A stretch of DNA of 64,000 nt, taken from contig NC_045707.1 in NCBI RefSeq assembly GCF_009834535.1, positions 51,400,001 to 51,464,000 of the forward strand, given 5' to 3'. Shown here piece after piece: positions 1 through 11,475 of the stretch. Below the pieces are notes generated by a model. The model did not search any database. It was not told the origin of the DNA and saw nothing but the letters and a program-made list of their open reading frames with translations. Each line of letters starts with the position of its first letter. Positions within the stretch are counted from its first letter, which is position 1. A program made the translations under genes and the position numbers. The stretch comes from Camelus ferus (lineage: Eukaryota).

Positions 1-3
1 TCG

Positions 4-552
4 TGAGAAGGGAAAAAGGTCTCCATTCTTGTCTTACCCTAGAGAGAAAATTCACACAGGAGACTGAAAGTGTAATATAAACAGAAAATTTTATTAGTAG
101 AGCAAAGGTTAGTCAAGTAGAGTACACCTTTGAGAATTGAAGGAGGGCCAACCCAAGAGAGGAAAAAAATGGCACCACTCCACTCCTTTGTTTCTCCTGT
201 CATATCCTGGCTTAGAGATGTTCTCGTGATTGATTGACAGCCCATGTCCCTTGAGTACTTAGGCATGCCCATCTCCTTTGCACATACTCTTACCCATGAT
301 GCACACAGAAAAGCCTAGTGTAGGGGGTGCCAAACCACAATACTAATTACATTATAATGAGCATTGGATTATGTTGTCAGGTCCTGCTCTCTACTGTGCA
401 GCTGCATTGTCTGATTCTAATCAGTTACTTTGTTGGCACTCATTTAGAGAAAGTAAAACTCTTTGAAGCCCCTTATCTGCTATCTTCTTGGTTGCTTCCT
501 CCCCTTTCCTCTCCCCCTTACCTGGTGCTCATTTCAATCTAACAGCCTAACA
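4..552 (-). mobile_element. ERV1-like LTR, probably solo
   Basis: Minus strand begins TGTTAGGCTG at 552, has AATAAA near 90-95 and ends CA at 4. About 550 bp and more GC-rich than the flank. Subfamily not identified. Confidence 0.55.
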
Positions 553-934
553 AAGTGACTTTAACAAAGGTAAATCTCTGATAGCAAGGAAAACTTTACT
601 AGTATGAAAAGGAAGCAACTAATTGAAAAAAAATGGTCTGAGTTAAAGCACAATCTACCCCAGGATAACTAGATTTAGAGTGGCAAATAAACCAGAAAGT
701 GATTTTCAATTCCCTATATACTACAACTTAAAATATATTTACCAGTGAGTTGAGTTTGACCATCTCTTGCAAAAAGATGCTGTCACCTTCTGTTCATTTT
801 TAGTGAGCAAATGCCCAATTTTGCCACATTCATGAAATCTAGTTTTACTCTGTAATTATGGATGTTAGTGTTGTTCTTCATCTAGTCTTATGTGATTTGG
901 GCCAATGAAATATTTCATTTGAACCTCTTGACAT

Positions 935-1168
935 AAGGTAGTTTGAGGCAAAGGGAAAAAACTCTAGAATTAAAGTCAAAATATTTGTCTAAATTCCTCA
1001 CTAAGATCCTTATTGGATCCTTCAATTAAGAAGTCCTTAGTAAATCTCTGTCAGCCTCAGTTTCTTCATGGAAAGTGAGACCAGAAACACAGCCTGGACT
1101 TATCAAAGGAGATAATATTTGTGAACGTTTTTAAGAAACTGTAAAACATTTTATAAATGTTGTTATTT
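935..1168 (+). mobile_element. MIR SINE
   Basis: MIR core gcctcagtttcttcat, followed by gagataatatttgtgaa and a taaatgttgttatt tail. Confidence 0.75.
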
Positions 1169-1454
1169 GTCAATAATTCATTGTCAACAATTAATTTGCC
1201 TAATTTCTAAAATTTCACCCTTTTTAGTTGGTCAAATTAAACATTTCTCTTGTATTACATGCAGAGTGGAATTAATTGTTGGAATAAAAATTAACAACTA
1301 ACAGATCTTGCTAATTCTGCTGGGAATATGTAATTATCACTGGCCCTCTGAGCTGTGGTTCTACATTTAAGGACTCAACAAAATGCAGATTGAAACTATT
1401 AGGGGAAAAAAGCCAGAAAGTTTCATAATGCAAAACTTGAATTTACTGCTTGGC

Positions 1455-1660
1455 AGCAATTATTTACATAATATTTACATTGGATTAGGTATTACAATTA
1501 ATCTACAGATGACTTAAAGTATATATGAGGATGTGTGCAAGTTATATGCAAATACTACAGCTGTTTTATTTAAAGGACTTGAGCATCCATGGATTTTGGT
1601 ATGCACTGGGGTCCTGGAACCAATCCTTCCCCACTCCCCTCAGACCCAGAGATGACTATA
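1455..1660 (+). mobile_element. MER2 (TcMar-Tigger) DNA transposon fragment
   Basis: ttatatgcaaatactac...ggacttgagcatccatggattttggtat...ggggtcctggaaccaatcc matches the MER2 terminal part. Confidence 0.85.
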
Positions 1661-2419
1661 TATCTGCTTTATCAAACTGGAACTTTTGTCAGTTTGAAAC
1701 TGTATTATTTGATCCCTGGACTTGTGAATTTCCTGAACCAGTGAGGAAAATAGTATAAGGGCGTGTACCCTTAGCCTTACTAATAAGTAGAATCGTTAAA
1801 AAATAATTATGATCTCTTTATCACCATTATTTCATAAAACCAAGACATCTTGAACATCTTCCTCCTCCCCCAAATAGGAATCTAATCTCAAATTAGAGGA
1901 GAGTCTGGACAGCATGGTGTAGTATGCTTGAGAAGGAAGAGGAAAAGGGATACCACTGTGACTCAGAGAGAATAGTTAATTTTAAGAGACGTTTGTGGCA
2001 CAGGAAGATTGAGAGTTCTGTAACACAAAGAGAACAGGTATCAGAAAAGAGAAAATCTTCCTCCTATTATAGTGATGAAGGGATCCTTTTTAAGATAGGG
2101 AGCAAAGTGGGGGAGGCATGAATTGATTTCAGCAGCTTATAACCCAGTTCCTAACTGTGATTGGCAGGACAATTTAGATTCTACATAGATAGGATCCCAG
2201 AAATCCAACATAGATGTAGGAGTTTGATTACATTGGTCTTCTGGTTAAATTGGGAAACTTTCTTCACCTTATTTCTTCTAAAAAAATCTTTTCAAACTAA
2301 GATTACATTGAATAGTTGGTTCTCTTGCAATATACTAAAATTCATTTTTTTGTTTAATATATAATTATAACTTGTCAGAGATAATTAGGTATTTTGTCAC
2401 TATTTGGCCTAGTTACCTC

Positions 2420-2665
2420 ATGTAGTAGAAAGGCTACTGAAATGGAAATCAGGAAACTCGTTCTCTATTCTCAACTACTAATTGGTTGACTTTATGTAAG
2501 TTATTTGATCTTTCCAGAATAGAATTTTCATAATCTATGCATTGTATGCTTCACAGTAGAGATTTTCAATAACTTTTGTTGAAATGAACTAAGTCAGTTC
2601 AAGAACTTCTGAAAGTTGTGTTTGAGTTTTATAGGTCTTTCTACCTCTAAAGTTCTATGATTCAG
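2420..2665 (+). mobile_element. Degraded MIR with interposed L2-tail fragment
   Basis: MIR head tgtagtagaaagg...ggaaatcaggaaac; L2 tail cacagtagagattttcaataacttttgttgaaatgaa; MIR3-like end ctctaaagttctatgattc. Confidence 0.5.
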
Positions 2666-2975
2666 TCAATCTTGTGGTTTGCTTTTACTGTACTGTCTTC
2701 AAAGTTCTACTTATATCTCTCATTTGACTACTAACCACAGACTGGTCAGTTGGTTCTCCTTATTTCTTACAGAGATGGTTGTATCAGAACATTTTTATAA
2801 ATTTTTACTGTCCTTATTTTATTTGTCTTTACTAATTGTAGACTCATATGTATTTGAACTTTCCTAGATGGTTTGGAAATGTGAAATACCTACTTTGTGC
2901 ATTTTGTGGTTACTAATAGCCTTCCTGAATCATCTCCACTTAGAGGTTGTTCTTCTAAGGTCTTTAAAAAATTCA

Positions 2976-3090
2976 TATATTTAGAAATACAAACACACAT
3001 GGAAACGTATACAGGTGCATATGTATGTATCTTTGTGTATAATATATATACATTAATATAATATGTACTTATATATATGAATGTAATACA
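2976..3090. repeat. TA/CA-rich low-complexity tract
   Basis: Degenerate (TA)n/(CA)n run. Confidence 0.7.
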
Positions 3091-3117
3091 TTCCACTTCC
3101 TAAAATGTGACTTTTCC

Positions 3118-3250
3118 AATATTATTATTTTACATTTGAAGATTCTGAGGCAAATGGAAATTAAATGATTTTTCTAAAGTCATATAGCTTATTACTGGCA
3201 GAAGTTAGATTGTAACTTACAGAAATCAATCTGCATGCTTTTATGAGTAC
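3118..3250 (-). mobile_element. MIR SINE
   Basis: Antisense MIR core: attttacatttgaagattctgaggc...ttaaatgatttttctaaagtcatatagct. Confidence 0.7.
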
Positions 3251-3385
3251 CATTTTAAAGAAAACTCCATTATGTTGCAGATTTGAATAGTTAACAGAAA
3301 TAAAAGACAGAACATTAATTTTGTTTAACCATAGTAGCAAACATTTTATTTTGGATTATATAAATAGTTTAGAGGTGAAACAACA

Positions 3386-3860
3386 TATCAATTAGATATT
3401 ACTATATAATGAACCACCTCAAAACTCAGTGACTTCGAACAACACCCACTTTTTAATCATGATTCTGTGGTTTGGCATTTTGTCCAGCCTAAGCTAGGTA
3501 GTTGTTCTGGTTTTGATGGGGCTCATTCTCATATCTGTGTTCAGCTGCCAGATTGATTGGAGGCTGGCTGTTTAAAAACAGCTAGGATGATTTGAATGTG
3601 TTCATGTATTTGCATATACTCCTAGGCTTGTTTACATAATAATCATGGGGTTCCAAGATCAAGAGTGGACGCATGCAAAATCTTTTGAGGGCCAGGCTCA
3701 GAATGACCTGTGACTTCTGCTACATTTAATTGATCAAAGCAAGTCATAAAGCCAGCCCAGATTTAAGGGGTGGAGAAATAGTGGCAAAGTTGCTATTCAA
3801 AAGGGAGTGGATACAGAAAGGAATGAGGAATTATGGTCATTTTTGCAATTTGGTATGAAC
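3386..3860 (-). mobile_element. MaLR LTR (MLT1G/H-like)
   Basis: accacctcaaaactcagtgactt...catgattctgtgg...aaagcaagtcataaagccagcccagatt is typical antisense MLT1. Confidence 0.8.
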
Positions 3861-4029
3861 AACTTTTCTGTAACTGTGGCACCATATAGGTCTAATTTCA
3901 TAGCTTCACTGAAAGGGGCTTAAGTGCCAAAATCACAGAACCTTTCTCTTTGGCAAATACTGGCACATACATACATATACCAAGTCCTGGCATGGATGCA
4001 GATCAACTGGTGATGAACATGCAAAATAA

Positions 4030-4150
4030 TAGAGCCACTTTGGAAAACAGTTTGGCAGTTTCTTATAAAACTTTAATTATATACATACCATACAGTACAG
4101 TCATCATACTATTAGGTATTTAGCCAAGTGCAGTGAAGACTTATGTTCTT
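4030..4150 (+). mobile_element. Old L1 fragment (ORF2 3' end)
   Basis: agccactttggaaaacagtttggcagtttcttataaaa...taccata...ctattaggtattta. Confidence 0.8.
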
Positions 4151-4374
4151 ACTGGAATATATGTTCCATCTTTTGTGGAAAACCTTCTATATTGAGTAAA
4201 CTAAATTCTGCAACTTAAAACTAAGATTAGTTTATTTCTCTTTCAATACATTGTTTAGTAGGCAGTCTTTTATGTGCTGATTGAAGGACCGGAGTCTTTT
4301 CCACTCAAGGCCTTTAATTCCTTGACTATGTCTTTTGCATTTAAGTAGCAGTTAAAAAAATAAAAAGAGAAGTG

Positions 4375-4584
4375 GAGTTGGCAAATTAAGGCCAAGGGCT
4401 TATTTTGCACCCCGCCTGTTCTTTTAAGTAAAATTTTATTGAAACACAGTTTGATTTATTTACACAATGAGTAGGGTTATATTCATGTTATAATAACAGA
4501 ATTGAGTAGTAAAGTCAGAGATCATATGGTTCTCAAAGCCTAAAATGTTTACCATCTAGCTATTTATAGAAGTCTGCCAACTCG
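4375..4584 (-). mobile_element. MER58A (hAT-Charlie) MITE
   Basis: TIR-like ends gagttggcaaa / tctgccaactc; internal aaaattttattgaaacacag and caaagcctaaaatgtttaccatct. Confidence 0.85.
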
Positions 4585-5296
4585 TAGAGTAGAGGAATTT
4601 GTGGTTTACAGGCCAAATCTGAAAATTATCAATTTAAATGTAGCACTTAAGATGTAGAATATTTTCCATCTCTGGTTGGAGTTTAGTAATATTGTAGGGC
4701 AACATTATAGACCTTATTTAGCTCTAGATTCTTATAACAAATTCCAGACAAATCCATGAAATCCAATACATGTTGAATTGTAAAAGAATGTTAATGAGAC
4801 ACAGTTGTAAGTTATATGATGTGAATTGTTCTCCCAGTAGTCATTAAGGATACACAGCTACACTGTCATCTGATCCTTGCTGGGTTCAGGGTATTCATTT
4901 GACCAGCGTGAGGCTTGGTGTACTATCCAAACCTCATCCACTTACCAACTGAGCACATTTTTCCCTCAGTGCATTTCTTTGGATGTTCATCTGTCATTTA
5001 ATAACTGCTATTTTTGCAGCTAGAACACCATGTCTGCTGCCAAGGTGCTAAATGTTAGTGTGTAGATTTTGTTTCATTTTATTTTTTAATAGCTGTCTGT
5101 ACTGATGGCATCTCTGTTAGTTAGGAAGTGTCAATATGTGAACAGCTATAGTTGTGCTACCTGATATAGGCAAATGCGTACTGTCTTCATTACTTTCCCA
5201 TCTCCCTTCCTTGCTTTTAACATTATTGTGTGTAGAAATAGGAGACTGAAGCCAAAATAGAGCTACTAATTGAGAGCTTTTGTCTAGAATAAAAAT

Positions 5297-5496
5297 AGGG
5301 CAAATTATGACCCATAGGCTGTTTTTGTAAATAAAGGTTTGCTGGAACACACGCTTGTACATTCACTTTTGTATTGTCGGTGGCTGCTTTTGCATGACAA
5401 TGACAGAGCTGTATAGCTGTGACACAGACCACATAGCCCACAAAGCTTAAAATGTTCACTGTACTGTTCTTTACATAAAGTATTTGTTGATCTCTG
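5297..5496 (-). mobile_element. MER58A (hAT-Charlie) MITE, second copy
   Basis: ctgtttttgtaaataaaggtttgctggaacaca...cacaaagcttaaaatgttcact...tttgttgatctctg. Confidence 0.85.
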
Positions 5497-6341
5497 GTAA
5501 GTTCATTTGTTCAACAAGCCTCCTGAGTAAATGAACTTGCCAATAAAAAAAATTCTTCAATAATTTATTATGCATTATAAAACAAATTCAGATATTATGA
5601 ACTAAATGTGCTTTATAAACAATATGAGATGAGAATTTAATAAATGGTGTATTCTAAATCAAACCCTAGTTAGTCCTATAGCATGGCACCATTAGTCTAA
5701 TGACCCAGAAAGTCAATGGTGGCATCAGAAGAAAAACAATAAATTGATTTTAGGAGAATATGGGACTGATGAATCAAAACAAACAAAAAAAAGAATATTG
5801 AGCTGAACTCATGAAATAAATAAATATAGAGATTTCTGCAGTTGAGGCTGAGCATTTGTAAGTATGTTTATGCTTAGTAACACAACTAACATGAACACAA
5901 CTTAAAATTATTTGTAAATATGTTCTGATGAAATAATAGAAGACATGTTCTATCTTATTTCTGCTGCCAAAGTTACTAGTCCCGAGATCACTAGCCAGTA
6001 TATCCACTGAGTAGATTCTTTTGCCTTTGTTATGGGACATTGTTTACCTCATATGGCAAAAGATAGACTTGGTTAATTATCATTAGAGGAGCACAGGATA
6101 GAAGTGTCTGAATATTCCATTTCCAGAAAATAATATGTGCAATTTACAACAAAGCAATCCAAAGAAAGCATAACTTCTTTTTTCAGTTTTGTCATGAAAC
6201 TTTTTGCTTGACATAAGTGCTTGTTCCTTTAAATTATTACTGTCAGAGATTGGAGAAAGCCTGCTTTCCAGGAATCCCATTAAGAAAGAAAAAGTTATAA
6301 TTGGAGGTCTTCATAGTTCATCACTTTGAGTTAAAAAGAAA

Positions 6342-6615
6342 GATAAATAACTTCTGAGGATGTAATGTACAGCATAGTGGCTATAGTTAACAGTACTGTC
6401 TTGTATATTCGAAAGTTGCTAAGAGAGCAGATAGGAAAAGTTATCACACACACACACACACAAAACCAACTTGTAATCATGTGAGGTGATGGACATTAAC
6501 TAAACTTATCCTGGTAATCATTTTTTAGTACATACATGTATCAAATTATCATGTTGTACACCTTAAGCTAGCACAAAGTTATATGTTAAGTGTATTTCAA
6601 TAAAACTAGAAAAAA
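6342..6615 (+). mobile_element. L1 3' UTR (L1MA9-like) with internal (CA)n
   Basis: atgtacagcatagtggctatagttaacagtactg...gaaagttgctaagagag...atgttgtacacctt...caataaaactagaaaaaa. Confidence 0.9.
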
Positions 6616-6667
6616 TTACTCAAAGAAAGGGGAAAGTTCACCTCATGGGAGAAACCAAGTCATTAAA

Positions 6668-6927
6668 TACCTTTTTGAAAATAAGCTCCTGGTCTGTTAC
6701 TGGGCCTTGGTAGAGACTGGGTGTCTGATCATGGGCCACAAAGTAACCATGAAACCAGACTGCTAATCATGATCTGGATTCTTTCAGATGTCATCAAGTC
6801 ATATGATAAGGGAAATTCAGCAGAAATCGTTGTAAGATGAAAGTGGTCCATCCAAGACAAATATTAACAGGGCCGTATGGCACAAGTAAGACACAAGATC
6901 CGGTAATCCAGATCCCCATGTCACCTC
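6668..6927 (+). mobile_element. ERVL pol relic (RT connection / RNase H-like region), frameshifted
   Basis: From 6668 translates YLFENKLLVCYWALVETGCLIMGHKVTMKP, matching the ERV-L Pol motif FEKQLLACYWALVETERLTMGHQVTMRP. Similarity continues through frameshifts and stops. Confidence 0.85.
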
Positions 6928-6980
6928 TGTCCCAACTCCAGATGGACTAAAGTCTGTTCCAACTCTAGATGGACTAGTCC
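6927..6980. repeat. Two-copy tandem duplication, about 27-28 bp unit
   Basis: ctgtcccaactccagatggacta followed by ctgttccaactctagatggacta. Confidence 0.85.
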
Positions 6981-6994
6981 TGAAATGTCACATG

Positions 6995-8060
6995 CAAAAC
7001 CTTGAAATTTTAAAAGAAAACAAAGGCAAGCTTCTTTCTAATCTTGGGTCAGGAAGAACTAAAATACAAATAGAAAAAGTCTCTATAAGATTGACACATT
7101 TGAGTATTTTAATAAGAAGAATTTTTGTTTATAAATAGATACTTTGAAGAAAGTGAAAAGCCACATATTTGTGAGAACATGTTTGCAACATATAACTAAT
7201 GGTAGATTATTATTAAGACTATATAAGAAATTTAAAAATCAATAAGTAAAAGCAACAATCCAACAGAGAAGTGGACAAAGCACATGAAAAGGCATTTTAT
7301 AGACAAGAAAACCTTTTTGGCCCCAAATCATAAAAGACTCAAACCTTATTAGTGATCATACAAATGCAAAACAGACAACAAAGAGATGACATTTTATTAC
7401 CAAAAAAACAAGTCTGAAATAATAAATGTTGGAGAAATGGCAAGTAAGTTTTTCTCTGTTGCTGATGGGAAAGTGAATTTATCCAGCCATCTTGGAAAAC
7501 AGTTTGGCAGTGCCTTATGAGTGGACCGTCATATTCCCTACAAACTACCAACTCTTTTCCAGGCATATCCATGATGAACTTTACATATGCACCTGGAGAG
7601 ATGCAAAGCCATGTCTAAACAATGTAGTTTTTTAATAGCAAAACTTGGGACAAAACCTCGAATATCTATCATCAAAACTAGGTAAATAAATTGTAATATA
7701 GCCATGAAATGGAACGATAAATTACAAATATATGAATGAAGTTATATGAATGAATTTTAGCAATGCAGTTTTCAGTGAAAATAAGAAGTCTTGGAAGATG
7801 TCAACCATAATAATAGCTTATAATTGTATAAGGTTTAAAATAAACCCAGACTCAACAATTCATTCTAAGCAATACTTAAACATAGGTGTGTATCTGATAA
7901 AATGAAAAAAAATTAAGCAAGGTATAATAAAGTACCTGGAATATTAGAGAGGAGGCAGATGTAGGAGATGAAAGAAACTTGTAGGTAGAATTATTTACTT
8001 TTAGATATCTAGTGCTTTGCTTGGGTGGTGAGTTCACAGATAATCATTATATTAATATAT
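6995..8060 (+). mobile_element. Old L1 (L1ME-like), ORF2 3' part plus 3' UTR
   Basis: acaatccaacagagaagtggacaaagcacatgaaaaggcattt...cagccatcttggaaaacagtttggcagt...gggtggtgagttcacag. Confidence 0.85.
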
Positions 8061-8115
8061 ATATTTACATATATGAGACATAATATGTATTAACATATAC
8101 AGAAAATAAGTCAAT

Positions 8116-8703
8116 TGTATTAGTTTTTTCTTATTTAATAAATTACAACAAACTTGACAGCTTATAGAACAACCATTTATTAACTTTAGATTTGCAGTTT
8201 GTCCCAGTGTGGCTGGGTTTTCTCATCAGAGTATCACAGAGCTAAAGTCATGATGTCAGCTAGGCTGGGTTCTTCTGTCAGGCTCTGGGGGAAAATCTGC
8301 TTCCAAGATCTTTCTTGCTGTTGATAGACTTCAGTTCTTTGTGACTATAGGAATTGATGTCCTCATTCCCTTGCTGGCTGTCTGTTTAGGGCCTTCTAAG
8401 TTCTTAGAGGCTGCCTGCATTCCTTGACTCATCAAGTCATTAGAGGCACTTGGAATGCATCTCAGGTTTTGAATCTCTTACTTGCTCTTCTGCAACTAGC
8501 TAGAAAAAACTTGATTTTTAAAGGATTCATATAATTATGTTAGGCCTACCTCAGTCTCCCTATCTCAAGGACAACTATGCCATATCACAAAACCTAATCA
8601 CAGGGGAAAAAATCCGTAACATTCACAATCTGACCGATGATGCAGGGTGGGTACGCCAGAGGGCAGGAAATCTTAGGGGCCTTCTTAGATTCAGCCTACC
8701 ACA
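8116..8703 (-). mobile_element. MaLR solo LTR (MLT1E-like), full length
   Basis: Termini tgtattagtt ... gcctaccaca; flanks tcaat (8111-8115) and tcaac (8704-8708) form a near-perfect 5-bp TSD. Confidence 0.88.
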
Positions 8704-8865
8704 TCAACAAACCAATAACGAGAAACCAATTATTGCGATTAATCCAATTTTGTGTGACAAAGTCTCATTTTAATAAAAAGTAAATAAATAACTTGTCACC
8801 TATTATCTGATTGTTGTCTGAGTCTTTCAGTTAGCACTTTATTGAGTTTTAACATTTAACTTAAG

Positions 8866-9039
8866 ATTCTTTTAAGGATGAAAGTCTCCTCTGAACTTTG
8901 GTCAAAAATGACCTTTGATCTAAATCATTAACTCCTCTGGACAAATTCTTTTAAGGATGAGAGAATCTCTTCTGACCTTTGGCCTGCACTTCCCAAATAA
9001 AAATAACCTTTAATCTAAATCATTAACTTCCCTGAGCAA
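8866..9039. repeat. Diverged two-copy tandem duplication (79 and 95 bp) carrying DR1 and HNF1-like motifs
   Basis: Both copies start attcttttaaggatga and share acctttgatctaaatcattaact / acctttaatctaaatcattaact. Confidence 0.9.
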
Positions 9040-9224
9040 GTGTGCTAATATATGAAATCTGTGGTTATAGCAGATGGTTTCTAAGAATGTGATTTCCTCA
9101 AAAATGCTATGAGTCTAATACATTCAAGATTATTTTCTTGATACTCTGTCTTTTAAAGTATGTTTTAAGTTATTCAGGGTGTGGAATGTGAAAATAAGAT
9201 ACCAGTTCAAATTCATCAGTACAT

Positions 9225-9450
9225 CTGATGCTAAAGAGCTTGAGTTCTGGAGTCTGACTTCCTAATTTTAAATCTTGAGTCTGTCACTTAGTAGTTGGTA
9301 GCCTTGGACAAATAATTTAACCTCAATATGTCTAAGGTTCCTTTTCTACAAAATGGGAAAAATGTTTCAGTTTCTGAGGAATAACCCAGATAGTGCATAG
9401 AAAGTATATAATACATCACATAGACTATAAATATCAGCTATGATGATTAT
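9225..9450 (+). mobile_element. MIR SINE
   Basis: tctggagtctgacttcct...ctgtcacttagtag...ccttggacaaataatttaacctc...ctacaaaatggga...taaatatcagctatgatgatt. Confidence 0.85.
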
Positions 9451-11151
9451 GCTTATAATCATTTTATTATATAGGTTTTTTTAAATGTATCCTAGTGCAC
9501 ATAACACCAATGATTTATTTATGTGTCCCTTTAGCCTTTTCAAAAAAATACAAAACAGAAGATAGCTTACTTGATGTTTAATAATTTTAGTCATCTTAGT
9601 TGCTCATTTTATAATTTTTAATATTGTCATGCTCCTAAATATGTCATTTTTAATTTTGATTCTCTGTGGCCCTAAGTCCCTCTCATTTTCCATTTCTTCA
9701 AATGATTTAAGTCTCCTCAGTTCCTGTCGGAAGGTCTTTTTTTCCTTTACTTTTTTTTTTAATTGAAGTATATATTGAGGTTCTTAAAATAAATATATTG
9801 AGGTTTTGCTAAGTCCTTTTTGTTTTGTATTTTTTTGGCATTTTTTTTTTTAGTTGTTATAAACTTACAGGCTGTTTGTTGCCACTTTGCTCATTTTTCT
9901 ATCAATTGCTTATTTTTTTTATTAAAAAAGGATGGGCAAATTAAATAAACTTGTGAAACATTTTCATTTTGTTTGCCTTTTATACCTCCTTTTATGAAGG
10001 AAAATTTTAGTATACACAGTGTTTTATAGTCAAACATGAAAGAGTTAGAACACTTCACCATTGAAGAAGGTAGCATTTTCTATAAATCTTTGTGCTTTGC
10101 TTTAAAGGATTCATGAACCCACAATGGTAGCATTGCCTTTGCTTACTTACAACACAGTGATGTGTTTCTTTTTCTGTCAGGAACTGCTGGTATGACAACT
10201 CTAGGGAGAGCATGGTGAAATGAGAATTAGAGAAACTAAGCCAATTTCCTGAATGAAATTACATACCATATGCTCAACATTTAGGTCAACAAATATGATT
10301 TTAAAAATACGGAAAAAAATGTATCTTAAATTTATGCAAATGAATTCTCATTAAAGTGAGTAAATGTAAGATAGAAAACACGCATTTTTGAAGTCCTTTC
10401 TTTTTGAGATGAATATTGAAGTATCAATTCTAGGATTTTAGTATTACAAAGCAAGCAAATTACCATTTATAGACATTTACTTAGAATTCAGTGCTTAAGG
10501 TGGAGTTTGGTGCTCTATGAAGTATCCCACCTCTAACAGATGGATGTACATGCTTGAAGGATACAGAAGTGATTGTAAACACAAGGTTATTTGAGTTAGA
10601 GGGAGAGCTTAGTGCAGACAAATAGTAGGCATTTGCCATTTCTATTAAGGGCTGGGTGTAGAGAAGGGTATTGCCCAAATGGCTTGTGGAGTACATTGAC
10701 TAAGAAAAAGAAAGGAAGTACAGAGGATTTTGGAGACTTTATAGGGTGGAAATTACCTTTGTCAATATATTAAGCAGGACTAAGTGGAATACACATTACT
10801 GGAGACACTTCAGCATTCAGAAACAGGGACCTTTCATAGATAAGCTGGTAGAATCAACAAGTAATGACCAAGCCCTAACCCTTCAAGACGAGAAGATAGA
10901 CTGGTTAATTCATTCCTCTAGATGCTCTCACTCTTTTTGATGCCAAATCACACAGGCTGAAAAAGATTAAAGGAATGAATCTGTGAAGAGACTTCCTTCC
11001 ATTGTAGCCTTAAGTTGATCCCAGCCCAGAGAGCTAGGAAAGAAAAAAAAATTATCCCTCAGTAGTTAGATTAAAAAACATTTTGTTTTTTGAACTTGTA
11101 AAACACTAAAAAGTTGTGATGCCTGGAAAAGTATTTGTAGTCACTTCTAGG

Positions 11152-11475
11152 GCAATGCTGTCCATAGAATTACAATGACAGCAACAAAAGTGGTCCACAT
11201 GTTTACTTTAAAATGTTCTAATAGTCACATTAAAAAAGTAACCAGAACAGGTAAAAATAATTTTTTAATTCTACTTAATCTATCCCAACATGTGCAAAAT
11301 ATTATAATATCAAAAGATAATATAAAATTATTTCTGAGATACTTTGTCTTCATATTTGGTACTGTCTTTGAAACTTCGTGTACTTTTCATCCTTACAACA
11401 CGTTTCACTTTGGACTAGCACATTACAAATGCTCAAGAACCCATGTGATAACTGACCATTGTATTGAACAGCTTT
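11152..11475. mobile_element. MER33 (hAT-Charlie) DNA transposon
   Basis: gctgtccatagaattacaatg...ttctaatagtcacattaaaaaagta...ttggactagcacattacaaatgctcaa...gtattgaacagc. Confidence 0.85.
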
